IMG/VR virus record: IMGVR_UViG_3300020331_000002
Direction: 5' to 3' (one strand)
DNA: 64,000 nt
DNA from: a virus
Lineage: Duplodnaviria > Caudoviricetes
Shown here: positions 39,377 to 50,100 of the stretch, one piece after another
How positions within the stretch are numbered: the stretch's first letter is position 1
Layout of the letters: every line of letters starts with the position of its first letter
The notes under the pieces: model-generated
Databases searched by the model: none
What the model was told of the DNA's origin: nothing
The model's input: the letters and a program-made list of their open reading frames with translations, nothing else
Translations under genes and position numbers: made by a program

Positions 39377-40492
39377 ATGAGTGTTAACAAAGTTTTAAAA
39401 AATGCTCAACTAAGTGAGTCTGATCGTAACATGGTTCAAGAAGCATGGGACAAACAGATCGCTGAGGCTCGTAGTTCAATTGGTGCTGAGCTTCGTCGTG
39501 AGTTTGCTCAAAAATATGAGCACGACAAGTCAACAATCGCAGAAGCTGCTGAAAAATTCGTTAGCGATGAATTACGCGAGGCTATGACTCGTATTGCTAA
39601 TCAAGAAAAAGAGCTAAGCGAAGCCAAAGCGAAGTTACAAAAACAGAATGCTAAGCAACTAAGAGCTATGCAGGAATTTGTGCTTCGTAAGCTTAAAAGC
39701 GAAGTTGGCGAGTTGCATGAAGATCGTAAACGTATGAATGAGTCAGTTAAGAAAGCGAATGAATTCATTAAAGAATCTATCGCTAACGAGTTAACTGAAT
39801 TCGCTCAAGATAAGAAAGCACTTAATGAACAACGCGTCGCGTTGATCAACGAAGGCCGCGCTAAGCTGCGCGAAGCCAAAGCGAAATTTATCGCTCGTGC
39901 GAGTAGCAAGACATCTGAACTAGTAGAATCAACCCTACGTTCTGAATTGACTGCTCTTCGCCAAGACATTGCCGAAGCTCGTGAAAACAAGTTCGGTAGA
40001 AAAATATTCGAGGCATTTGCATCAGAATTTGGTGGCTCTCTACTTGTAGAAGGCACAGAGCTGGGCACTGCTAAGAAGGCAAACGCCAAGGCATCTCAAG
40101 CGATTAAGAAACTGTCTGAAGCTCAAAACAAGCTTAAGACGGAATTAGAAATCACTAAAGATAACCTGGCTCGCACCCGCAAGATGAACGAGATGTTATC
40201 TCCACTTAGCGGGCGACAACAATCGGTGATGGAAGGTTTGTTAGAGAGTGTTCAGACTAAAGATCTGGATAAAGCTTTCAAGCGATATCTACCAACTGTA
40301 TTGGGCGAACAACAACAAAAACCGTCAGAAGGACGTTCTAAACTGTCCGAACGCAGAAACCGCAATTCTACTTTAAGTGCCAGAGATGGCCGTCGTAGAG
40401 GTGCTGAGTCTCGTCGGAAGCAAGTAAACGAATCGAATGATGACGTAGAATTGAAAGAGATTACACGACTAGCTGGTATCAGCAAAGTTTAA
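39377..40492 (+). CDS. gp22: Prohead scaffolding protein
   Basis: Coiled-coil E/K/A-rich, FGRKIFEAFASEF; between protease and capsid. Confidence 0.88.
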   Translation: MSVNKVLKNAQLSESDRNMVQEAWDKQIAEARSSIGAELRREFAQKYEHDKSTIAEAAEKFVSDELREAMTRIANQEKELSEAKAKLQKQNAKQLRAMQEFVLRKLKSEVGELHEDRKRMNESVKKANEFIKESIANELTEFAQDKKALNEQRVALINEGRAKLREAKAKFIARASSKTSELVESTLRSELTALRQDIAEARENKFGRKIFEAFASEFGGSLLVEGTELGTAKKANAKASQAIKKLSEAQNKLKTELEITKDNLARTRKMNEMLSPLSGRQQSVMEGLLESVQTKDLDKAFKRYLPTVLGEQQQKPSEGRSKLSERRNRNSTLSARDGRRRGAESRRKQVNESNDDVELKEITRLAGISKV

Positions 40493-40529
40493 GTCTCTAC
40501 ACTAATTAAGAATAATCAAGGAGAATAAG

Positions 40530-41714
40530 ATGAGTAAGGTTCTTAATGAGAATTGGGGAGTTACCAAGAACGCTTTGCTGGAAGGCCTTCAGGGTTCTGT
40601 TCGCAAGACTACTGATGTAGTACTGGAAAATGCTCGAAAGCAAGCGCTTAGAGAAAGTGCCACGCATGGTTCAACCGGTACTGGTAATATCGCCACTGTA
40701 AACAAAATTATGCTTCCGTTGCTGCGCCGCGTTATGCCTAGCACGATTGCAAATGAAATCATGGGTGTTCAGCCGATGACTGGTCCGGTAGGCCAAATCC
40801 ATACTCTACGTGTAAACTACGCAGAAGACGGTGCTGGTTTTAAAGCTGGTCAAGAAGCGTTTAACCCGTTTGACATCGCGAAAGCGTACTCAGGTAACAA
40901 CGTAGCGAACTCGTCTACGTCGCCACTACCTGGTCCAAGTTCAACTGCCTCTATGGAAGGTGAACCTGGTCGCCGTATGTCTGTAAACATCTTGAAAGAG
41001 ACTGTTGAAGTTAAATCTCGTAAGCTATCTGCGAGCTGGACTTTCGAAGCTGCACAAGATGCTGAAGCTGTTCATGGCATCGACATCGAAGCAGAAATCA
41101 TGGAAGCTATTGCGCAAGAAATCACAGTTGAAATCGACCAAGAACTACTTGGCCGCTTACGCAACCTAGCTGGCGCACCTGCACAAAGCTACGATCAGAA
41201 CGCTGTTTCTGGTACTGCTACATTCGTAGGTGACGAGCACGCCGCTCTTGCAACTATGATGAACCTTGAAAGTAACTTGATCTCACAACGTACACGTCGT
41301 GGTGTTGCGAACTTTGCGGTAGTAAGCCCTGTGGCACTAACTATCCTACAGTCTGCGACTACTTCTGCGTTCGCACGTACCACTGAAGGTAAGTTCGATG
41401 CACCTCTTAACACTAAGTTAGTTGGTACTCTGAACAACGCTATGAAGATCTACGTAGATCAGTTTGCGTCTTCTGACGAAGCTGTATTACTAGGTTATAA
41501 AGGCAACGAGACTGACGCTGGTGCGTTCTACTGTCCTTATATCCCACTTCAATCAGTTGGTCCAATTATTGATCCTACTACTTTCCAACCAGTAGTAAGC
41601 TTCATGACTCGTTACGGTTACGTTGAGTTAACTAACACTGCAAACTCTTTCGGTAACGCAGGCGACTACTACAGCCGCATCGGTATCAACACTTCTAACT
41701 TGTCATTCTTCTAA
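40530..41714 (+). CDS. gp23: Major capsid protein
   Basis: IMGVQPMTGPVGQI.TLR, RKLSA.WT.EAAQD...HGID.EAEI...AQEI..EID.E, FYCPYIPL, MTRYG. Confidence 0.96.
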   Translation: MSKVLNENWGVTKNALLEGLQGSVRKTTDVVLENARKQALRESATHGSTGTGNIATVNKIMLPLLRRVMPSTIANEIMGVQPMTGPVGQIHTLRVNYAEDGAGFKAGQEAFNPFDIAKAYSGNNVANSSTSPLPGPSSTASMEGEPGRRMSVNILKETVEVKSRKLSASWTFEAAQDAEAVHGIDIEAEIMEAIAQEITVEIDQELLGRLRNLAGAPAQSYDQNAVSGTATFVGDEHAALATMMNLESNLISQRTRRGVANFAVVSPVALTILQSATTSAFARTTEGKFDAPLNTKLVGTLNNAMKIYVDQFASSDEAVLLGYKGNETDAGAFYCPYIPLQSVGPIIDPTTFQPVVSFMTRYGYVELTNTANSFGNAGDYYSRIGINTSNLSFF

Positions 41715-41731
41715 GAGTGATTTGTTGAAAT

Positions 41732-41760
41732 TAAAAAAGCCGCTTTCGAGCGGCTTTTTT
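41732..41760 (+). terminator. Intrinsic terminator after capsid gene
   Basis: AAAAAAGCCGC-TTTCGA-GCGGCTTTTTT. Confidence 0.9.
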
Positions 41761-41782
41761 GTTGCTCGGAATTCTGTTAGTA

Positions 41783-41813
41783 TATAAATAACTATAAAGG
41801 AGGACGTATGTAA
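41783..41813 (+). promoter_or_regulatory. T4-type late promoter TATAAATA followed by strong SD and ATG-TAA start-stop element
   Basis: TATAAATA 41783-41790; AAGGAGG 41797-41803; ATG 41808-41810; TAA 41811-41813. Confidence 0.6.
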
Positions 41814-41931
41814 ATCGTAGAAGATAGAAAACTAGGAAACCCAGTTAGAGAACCGTAAGGAATTTTCTTGCGGTGATATAAATTGTGCTGTATTGTGTGT
41901 AACACCTGAAAACTATACATGGATTATTACA

Positions 41932-42270
41932 ATGCAGCCTTATGTGTATTATGGCTACGGTATTAAACTAGGCGAAGTTACTGAAGAAGAGTTTGACCAA
42001 ATAGAAGATGATGACTTTTTTCAAATTGCTTGGTTTAGTGACGGTTGCCGTGAGCAAGATTCCGGCATTGCATTTATAGACAATGCGTATCACTCACCAT
42101 GGGACGAAGACACTACGGAAAAACCTTCCCTGTCTTATGCTGTTGATACCGGTGATATTGACTCAGCGCGTATGAAGTATTTGCCGGAGTTACAAAAAGT
42201 TCTTGACCATCCGATGGTCAAAAAGTATAATAAGCAGATTAAATTTTACGTTTGTTGTACTGAAGTTTAA
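41932..42270 (+). CDS. Hypothetical acidic protein (112 aa)
   Basis: Likely ATG 41932 (MQPYVYYGYGIKL...); track start is an upstream TTG. Confidence 0.7.
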   Translation: MQPYVYYGYGIKLGEVTEEEFDQIEDDDFFQIAWFSDGCREQDSGIAFIDNAYHSPWDEDTTEKPSLSYAVDTGDIDSARMKYLPELQKVLDHPMVKKYNKQIKFYVCCTEV

Positions 42271-42280
42271 CAGTAAATGT

Positions 42281-42351
42281 GGCCCTGATTTGGCATAAGT
42301 AGCCGGTCTCTAAAACCGCGAAAGTGGGTTCGAATCCCGCCAGGGTCACCA
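42281..42351 (+). tRNA. Compact 71-nt tRNA with CUA anticodon (amber suppressor / tRNA-Pyl-like architecture), encoded CCA
   Basis: Acceptor GGCCCTG/CAGGGTC + A + CCA; T-arm GTGGG-TTCGAAT-CCCGC; anticodon arm (G)CCGGT-CTCTAAA-ACCG(C); short D-arm ATTT-GGCAT-AAGT. Confidence 0.85.
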
Positions 42352-42373
42352 ACCTAGTTTACAAGGATATCTA

Positions 42374-42502
42374 ATGGTAATTCCTGTTGTCAATATTTAT
42401 TGCATCAACTCGCCGTTCATTTGCTCGTTCGGTGGGCTATGCCAATATACAACATCGTCTGGTGGCTGCCATTACCCTGGCCCGTGCAAATTTAAAGTAT
42501 AA
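42374..42502 (+). CDS. Small Cys-rich protein (42 aa)
   Basis: SD AAGGA; MVIPVVNIYCINSPFICSFGGLCQYTTSSGGCHYPGPCKFKV; below ORF-track cutoff. Confidence 0.55.
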   Translation: MVIPVVNIYCINSPFICSFGGLCQYTTSSGGCHYPGPCKFKV

Positions 42503-42517
42503 TTAAGGAGAAACGTC

Positions 42518-42895
42518 ATGCGTTAGAACACTCAAAAACCATCACTTAAAATGTGGCGCTGGGGCAACGATAAGTTCGCCACTGGCTATAGAATATTCAC
42601 TTTATTCCATTCCAAAACACTCGGTATCGACTTGTATCTATTCAGGTATCCCGAGGGCTCATTCATTCCTAAGCATAAAGATCCTAAAACAAACGGACCT
42701 ACTACTCGTATAAACTTAGAACTCCGTAAAGCTCAGCAGGGCGGTGTTTTCAAGTGTAAGCGTAAATGGTCGTTGTTTGATAGATTACACGTCTTTAGAG
42801 CAGATAGAGACTATCACTCTGTGTCTAAAATAGAGAAAGGCTCTCGTTGGGTTTTGTCTTTAGGGATAGCAAACGTGTTCAAGAAACCGAGATAA
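42518..42895 (+). CDS. 2OG-Fe(II) oxygenase-like protein; the SD-supported start (42518) has an in-frame TAG at codon 3, internal ATG at 42551
   Basis: HxD (KHKD), distal H (YHSV) and R (GSRWVLS) pattern; AAGGAG 42505-42510 then ATG CGT TAG AAC ... in frame with ATG 42551. Confidence 0.7.
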
Positions 42896-42899
42896 TCGT

Positions 42900-43241
42900 C
42901 TATTTATTGGAAGTAATAATCAAGAATAAGCCGAGTGTGATGAATAACATACCGGCTACTTCTTGTATGTTGACTATCCTGTCTTTAAAAATCATTGTTT
43001 GGATAATTATTGCGCATAAGAATGAGCATCCTTGCGCTACGAGCGCAAGGGCTGGGTAACTATAATGTGATGATCCCGTACTGTAAAAATAAGTATATAA
43101 CCCGGTAGCAAGCCAAGTTATCGGAACGCATAAAAGTGATATGTAGAGTGAGTCTTGTAAATTGTTACTTCCTCTACTTATCGCCCATATGTTTGGAATC
43201 TGAACGAGTATTGACGCGCATAATATCGTTAACCATATCAT
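42900..43241 (-). CDS. Small multi-pass membrane protein (SMR/DMT-like, about 4 hydrophobic segments)
   Basis: 113 aa, four hydrophobic stretches, ends ...QEVAGMLFITLGLFLI; own sigma70 promoter. Confidence 0.65.
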   Translation of the reverse strand: MIWLTILCASILVQIPNIWAISRGSNNLQDSLYISLLCVPITWLATGLYTYFYSTGSSHYSYPALALVAQGCSFLCAIIIQTMIFKDRIVNIQEVAGMLFITLGLFLIITSNK

Positions 43242-43270
43242 TATTATTATATCCTTGATAAACCCCGTTG

Positions 43271-43299
43271 ATTATATAAGGTGCGCGACAATTAGTCAA
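43271..43299 (-). promoter_or_regulatory. Sigma70-type promoter
   Basis: Minus strand TTGACT-N17-TATAAT. Confidence 0.8.
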
Positions 43300-43342
43300 T
43301 AAAATGCTAAATAGACATATATAAAGAATAAGGTACCCTTTG

Positions 43343-43990
43343 ATGAGATTCCAAGATATTAAAGAAGCCCGTAGAACTGGAGACGGTATTTCTTATAAAG
43401 AGAAAAAAGTAAAGGGTGAGCTGGACCGTGTTATAGCCGAATTGAGCGGTAAAGAATCACAAATGTTCACCGTTGCTGCTAAATACTATCGTAAGATAGC
43501 TCAAGAAGAAGAAAAAATTAAAAGAGCACGCGATGCTCTAAATGAAAAAATGAAGCAACGGTTCGATACGCTTTTTGATCCAACGGATGTGATCTACACT
43601 CGCGTAATCGAAACGGCTAGCTTAACCGTTTCAATGAGTAAGAAGTCTGAGAAAACCACCCAAACGGTGACAGACGTAGACGGCTTATTCGAAGACCTAT
43701 TAGGCCTTGCTCCTGAATTAGCTGACAAAATCGGCCAGTTACGAGAGCAATACGTGAAAGTTGAGAACAAAGTTACTCAGTCACGTCTAGGCAAACCGAA
43801 GTTACACGATCCCAAGGAATCAGTTGACAACGGCGAAAGTGCACTCGCGGAAGGAGTGCTTGATAGTATCGTCGACTCTATCAAAGCTTACGCTATTAAA
43901 CTGATGAATTGGATTAGTGACTGGGCGCGGGGGTACGACCGCAAGCTTGATTCAATCAAGTCTAGAGCACAGGGCGTCGGAATCCTGTAA
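43343..43990 (+). CDS. Hypothetical late coiled-coil protein, possible internal head protein
   Basis: CTAAATA 43307-43313; N-term MRFQDIKE. Confidence 0.7.
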   Translation: MRFQDIKEARRTGDGISYKEKKVKGELDRVIAELSGKESQMFTVAAKYYRKIAQEEEKIKRARDALNEKMKQRFDTLFDPTDVIYTRVIETASLTVSMSKKSEKTTQTVTDVDGLFEDLLGLAPELADKIGQLREQYVKVENKVTQSRLGKPKLHDPKESVDNGESALAEGVLDSIVDSIKAYAIKLMNWISDWARGYDRKLDSIKSRAQGVGIL

Positions 43991-44021
43991 CGTACCGAAT
44001 TTACTCTAATCGGTAATATTT

Positions 44022-44042
44022 AGGCCCCCTTGTGGGGCCTTT
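44022..44042 (+). terminator. Probable terminator hairpin
   Basis: AGGCCCC-CTTGT-GGGGCCT followed by TT. Confidence 0.6.
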
Positions 44043-44108
44043 CCGTATCACTTTTCCAGCCTCGCCTTAACTAAATACTATGAAAATATATCAGGGAATG
44101 AATAACTA

Positions 44109-47100
44109 ATGTCCTATGAATTTAATATCAATGGCGGCACGCGTTTTGTACTAACTAACGGTGAGTCATCAGGGATTGAAAACATTCGGTTAGAAGGGTC
44201 TGTTATTATAACAGAAGACTTAACTGTGCTAGGTAATAACACGGTTTTGGAAACTTCAACCGTAACAATTGAAGATACAATTATTACTATAGGCCGCGGC
44301 ACTGCTGAACTAGACCCGAGTGATGCGTTTTTGTCTGGCGGCTTGATTGTAGAAAGGCCGTCAGGTGAGAATCATAAAGGACTTTGGTACACACCTTCGG
44401 CGGCTAGTTTTATATTCGGTGAAACAACAACAGACAGTGAAGGCCAAGTTGCCGAGTTAAGTCCGGACGCGTATACTAATGTTTCCATGGGCCACTTAAC
44501 TGTGCATTATAACGCTGACGGCGCTGCTGATGCGTACATCGGTGATCCTTCAACTAAGTTTACCTCTTCGGGTACAGTGCAATTCGGTAAGCTATCTAAT
44601 GCTGAGTCAACGAACATACAAGGCGAAAATGCTTCTTTTGAAAATCCCAAAGACGTCCGCGTCAAAACAGGCGGCGCTGTACGTGAAGAAGTTCGTGTAG
44701 AGGACTCTAGCTTTGGTGAATGGCGTGTTCGTACTTCGTCGCTAGTTGGCGCAGCTGGATCAGAAATCGTTTATGACCAAGACCTTTATATGGGTAACGG
44801 TGAGTTCACTTACAATGGTGATACTGTACTTACTATGGGTTCTGGCGACTATGTTGTTTCTATTAACGACTTGCAAGGCGTAGTCGAGTTTAGGTTATTT
44901 GACTTACTAGACGTCGAAGGCGATCACCAAGAGTTTGCTGGTGCACCGAGAGAAGACGGTAAGTACTTGAAATTCAACGCTAGTGAAGGTGTTTGGCTGC
45001 CGTCTTTTATTACTCATATAAACGAGATAGAAAACGTTAACGCCAACGAGATTGCAGGCCGTGTGCTACAATATCGACTAGACTCATCTGACGGTGTGTA
45101 TCGTTGGATGGAGTCTACTGTCGCTATGCCTGAGAAACTGTTCCAGCTATTGGATGTAGACATGTCAACTGAGACAGAAGCCGAACCCGGTCAGTCTCTT
45201 ATATGGTTTGAAGAAGACGAAGTATCCGGAGCAGGCTTCTGGCGCCCGTCATTCATCCCTAGTATACACTCAATCATGGATGTAGAAAGCACGCTGCCAG
45301 ACGCCGGAGACGAGGGTAAAGCCTTAATCTGGAATAACACAACAGGAAAGTGGGTTTTAAGCGCTACGAGCTTTGTAGAGGTATTAGACGACCTTGCTGA
45401 CGTTAATGGTGTGCTTAATCTTGACGACAAAGCGTTTCTTAAGTATGACTTGGACAACTCGCAATGGGCGCCTGGTTTTGTAGACGACATCGGCGAGATT
45501 ACTAATGTTAGGGAAATGTCAAACGGGCTGTCGCAGGACAACAATCTTCTTAAATACAACTTCAGTGACCAAGTTTGGGAAGCCGGTATAATCGACGATT
45601 TAGCTGAAATCGGCAACGTCTATATTCCTGATTACGGTACTGTAGAAGAAGGCCATACAATTAAGTGGGACGTGGTAAACGCTCGCTGGGTCACTGGTCC
45701 TTCTCTGTCCAGGCTATTTGATGTGACTGATGTTAAAGAAACTGAAGGCTCAATGGCGGAAGGCCGTTTCCTTGTTTGGCGCGCTAACGGGCCAGACGGT
45801 CCTGGCTGGTATCAGTCTGACATGTCTCAAGTGCAAGTCCTAGATGACCTGAACGACGTTATTATCGATCAAGGCGATTTATCAGACGGTAAAATCCTGC
45901 GATATAACAGCTCTTTGTCCCAATGGGAACCGGGCATTATACAGCAAATTACCGAGATAGGCGACGTTACAATTGATTATGATCAGCAGTCAGTAAACGG
46001 CATTAGAGATCAACACGTATTAAAGTGGAACGGTAGTCGCTTCGTAAACGGGTTTGTCAGTAAAATATCAGACATTGAGAACGTCGACGCTGTTGACAAC
46101 CCGACAGACGGTGACTTTTTACGTTATGTTGAGAGCACAGGCCGTTGGACTAACAGCCCGATTAACTCAATCGACGAAATAGTAAACGTTCAATTAGGCG
46201 GAATAGCCGATGGAAAAGTATTAGAATGGGATTCGTCTGCGAATGCCGGCCAAGGCGCGTTCGTGCCAAGCGCCGGGTCTCGTGTTGAATATTTCGGTGA
46301 CTTGGTTGATGTTACTGTTCCTGAAGACCCATCGCAAATAACGGTTGGGTCTGCGCTTCGCTTTAACGGTAGTAAGTGGACACCGTACGATTATTCATTC
46401 CCTGAGGCTATCGGTGATATGAATAATGTTATTATCACCGGACCTGTTACCGGCGACGCCCTTTTATTCAACGGTACTGACTGGGTTAATGGCAATATAC
46501 CGCATCCTACTCGCTTAGAACAGCTACGTGACGACGTTGATTTGGACACTCCGCTTAACGGCGAAGTATTAATGTACGATGGCACTAATTGGATTAACTC
46601 AACCGCGGTAGTAGTTGACGTATTAGACGATTTAGATGACGTTGAATTGAACTCACCAAGAGACGATCAATTCTTGCGCTACGACATTGCAGAAGCGCGT
46701 TGGAAAAACCAAACTGTAAAAATTCCATTAAACATTTTGGATCTTGAAGACGTTAATCCTAACTATAGATTACCAGACGATAACCCTTATTATGAAGAGC
46801 CACAAACCGGCGAAGTACTTCGTTATAATGGTGTATACTGGGAAGGTGTTACTCTACCTGTTTATGATCAGTTAGATGATCTATTGGATGTGACTATTAG
46901 TGGCGCAGCCGTTGATCATGTGCTGTATTACAACGGCGCTGGCTGGCAAAACCGCAAGCTAGACTTCATATCTAATATGGATGATTTACTCGATGTTAGC
47001 GCTGATTCACCCACCAACGGCTCTATATTGATTTATGACGGCCCTGCGTCTGAATGGGTTGCGAGTAGTGTAGGCGATTTAAACATTGTAATTGACGATT

Positions 47101-50100
47101 TAGATGATGTCGACACGCTTAACGTACAAGCAGGCCACGTGCTAACGGCTGTACCTAACGGCGAAGGATTTTTATGGACTAACCAACCCCCGGCTTATAG
47201 TACTTTGGGTTCACTAGATGACGTTAACGATGGCTCACGCGCACTAGGCAAATACTTGCGTTATGATGGTACTCGCTGGGTTGCTAGTGAGCTAGTTACT
47301 AGTGAAATTTTAGACTCGTTAATTGAAGAATTATCACTAGATGAACTAGGCGATGTCACTATAGACAATACTCTAGACACCGGTCACATGCTTGTTCATG
47401 TAGAGGGCGTATGGGTTAACCAAAACGTAGGCGAAGCTTTCGGGCAATATGCAACGATAGGTGATTTAGGTAACGTTACCGCTGACGCGCCACTAGCAGG
47501 TGACACAATTGTTTATGACGATGTAACTGGCAGATATGTGTCTGTTAACTTGGTTCAAGTAGTTAAAACTGGCCTTAATCTTGCAGAGCTAGCAGGGACT
47601 GAAAACGGTGAGCAGTATGTATGGGATGCAACTGGCGCCGAGTGGGTAGTTAAGCACTTAGGTGATCCGTCAGGAGAACCTGACGCCGGTAAAGTTCTTA
47701 CTTGGGATGGCACCAAATGGACCACCCAAGATTTACCTGAAGACAAGTTCATCAAACTATTAAGTGAATTAGACGACGTTCAAACCGACGATTTGGCTTC
47801 CATACAAAACAACCAAATACTACGCTGGAATGCCGCGAGTCAGTACTGGGAGAACGTTGATTGGCCTAGTATTTCACTGCACATGTTAGAAGACGTTGAC
47901 TTCGTTACGCCTGATTTGAATGATTTGGTCGCATACGACGGTACTAGGTGGGTTAACTTAGACTTGCCGGTAATTGCAGGCAATGTGCTTGAGCTAGATA
48001 ACTTGTCTAACGTAAATGCTTCTGTTCCTAGCGACCAACAAGTATTGGCGTATAGTGCCGCTAATGGTGAGTGGCAGAGTACTGATATTGCTACGGTTGC
48101 AAATAACAACCTAAATTTATCCGACTTGGCTGATGTGTTTGATGGCGTATCGCCAAGTGGCGAAACCAAATATTTGGCTTGGGACTTTGACAACTCTCGA
48201 TGGAGTGTTAGTTCAGTATCATTAAACGCATTCGCAATCAACGAACTAAGCAACGTTACCATATCGTCACCGGCTGCTGGTAATTTCCTTAGATTCGACG
48301 GTGTAGAGTGGATAAACGATAGTGTGATTATCCCGACTACATTGAATAGCTTGTTAGATGTTAGTACAACAAATCCAACAAATGGCGCTTTCTTAGCATA
48401 TGAGGAAGAGTCGAATGAATGGATTGCTAGGAACTATCTAATAGTTGAGTCACTTAGTGATTTATCTGACGTTAACACAACAGGTGTACAGCCAGGCGAC
48501 ACACTAATATATCAAGGCGGGTCGTGGGTTCCTATCCAATTACCGCCTGTAACACTCGAATCACGTGACTTGACTGATATATCGGATACCGCAGCTACTG
48601 ACGGCCAAGTCCTGTTATGGAACGAATCCGCAGGGAAATGGGAACCAAACAACCTACCGGATCCGTTTATTCCTGAGGTTTTAAACGACTTAAGCAATGT
48701 TAACGTTCCTGCACCGTCGGCAAATGACGTACTTGTATTTGACAACGTTAGTGGCGAATGGATAGCTGCTGCTTTCAGTACTTTGGTTAATGTAGAACTC
48801 GGTCAAATCACTAATGTTTCGTTATCAAACGTTGTTGATGCCCATGTATTGGCGTATAACTCTGCTTCGGGTGATTGGGAGAATACACCGATAGGTTCGC
48901 TAGGGGTCGACGTGGGTGACTTAGGCGACGTCACCGGTACAGCGAGTGCTGATAACCGTTTCCTTGTTTACAATGACACTACTGGGAAATGGGATATTAC
49001 TGAATTCCAGACAATCAGTATGATTAAAGATGTCAATGCAGCTGGCGCAGCAAGCGGTGATGCTCTTGTTTGGAATGGCACGCAATTTGTTCCTGGGTCA
49101 CCAGGCAACGTAAATGCCGAATCACTAAATGGCCAGCCAGCGTCGGCATATTTGCGCTCGGATGAAGCTGATGCAGGCGTAGCACTAGAACTCAGTGACG
49201 TAAGGCCTCTTGCTTTTTCTAGTTCATCAGAGGTTAGAATTGGTGCTGACTCTGCTCCGCGACTTGGTGTATATGCCCCGCGTGTTAGTGTGTTAGCTGA
49301 TAGTATATCGTTGAATTATAGTCCGCTAGACGCTGCTGGTGTCAAATTTGTACCTGACACGGCGCCTGCACTTAGTGAAGCTGGCTTCATGTGGTGTGAT
49401 TCAAGTGATAACTCGTTAATGTTTTATAACGGTACTGAGCAGCTTAATATCTCAAATATAGCAACTCAGAATTATATAGTTAATGACACTGACGGCGAGC
49501 TTACTAGTCTAACTATTACGGCAGCCGAAGCGAAGATGTATGTAGAGGGCACGACTAACGAGAATACACGTTTCACGTTCTCTGACAAGGCCACAGACAA
49601 AGCCGCACTTGTTGACATGGGCGCAAGCATACTAACTGATATCGGCGGCACTAACGGTAACGCTGGCGCTCAGACGGTATCGGTTACTGGTAAAACAGTG
49701 TTGTACAGTGACGCAGGTGACGTGTACAGACGTAACGGATCTGGCACTGATCGATTGGCGACGATTGCCGACATACAAGCTGAAATTATAACAGCTAACG
49801 CGAGTTATACGACAGTGAGTGGCAACTCAGTGGCGCTAAGTGAAGGTAATAGTTTAGTTCGCTACGCTATTCCTGATAACACAACAAGTGTAATGAACAT
49901 CTCTGGCCTAGATCAATTAGAAACTGGTAACTCAGTAGTTATAGCGGCAACGGCAAATACCGTTATATCTAATTGGGGTGCTAACTCTAGATTAAGAATG
50001 GAGGTTACTGGCTTAACAGGTATGTACGTAAATGGCGTATATACGTCAGGCACTACACATATTATTGACTTAAGTGCTACGCCTAATATTACGCTTTACT

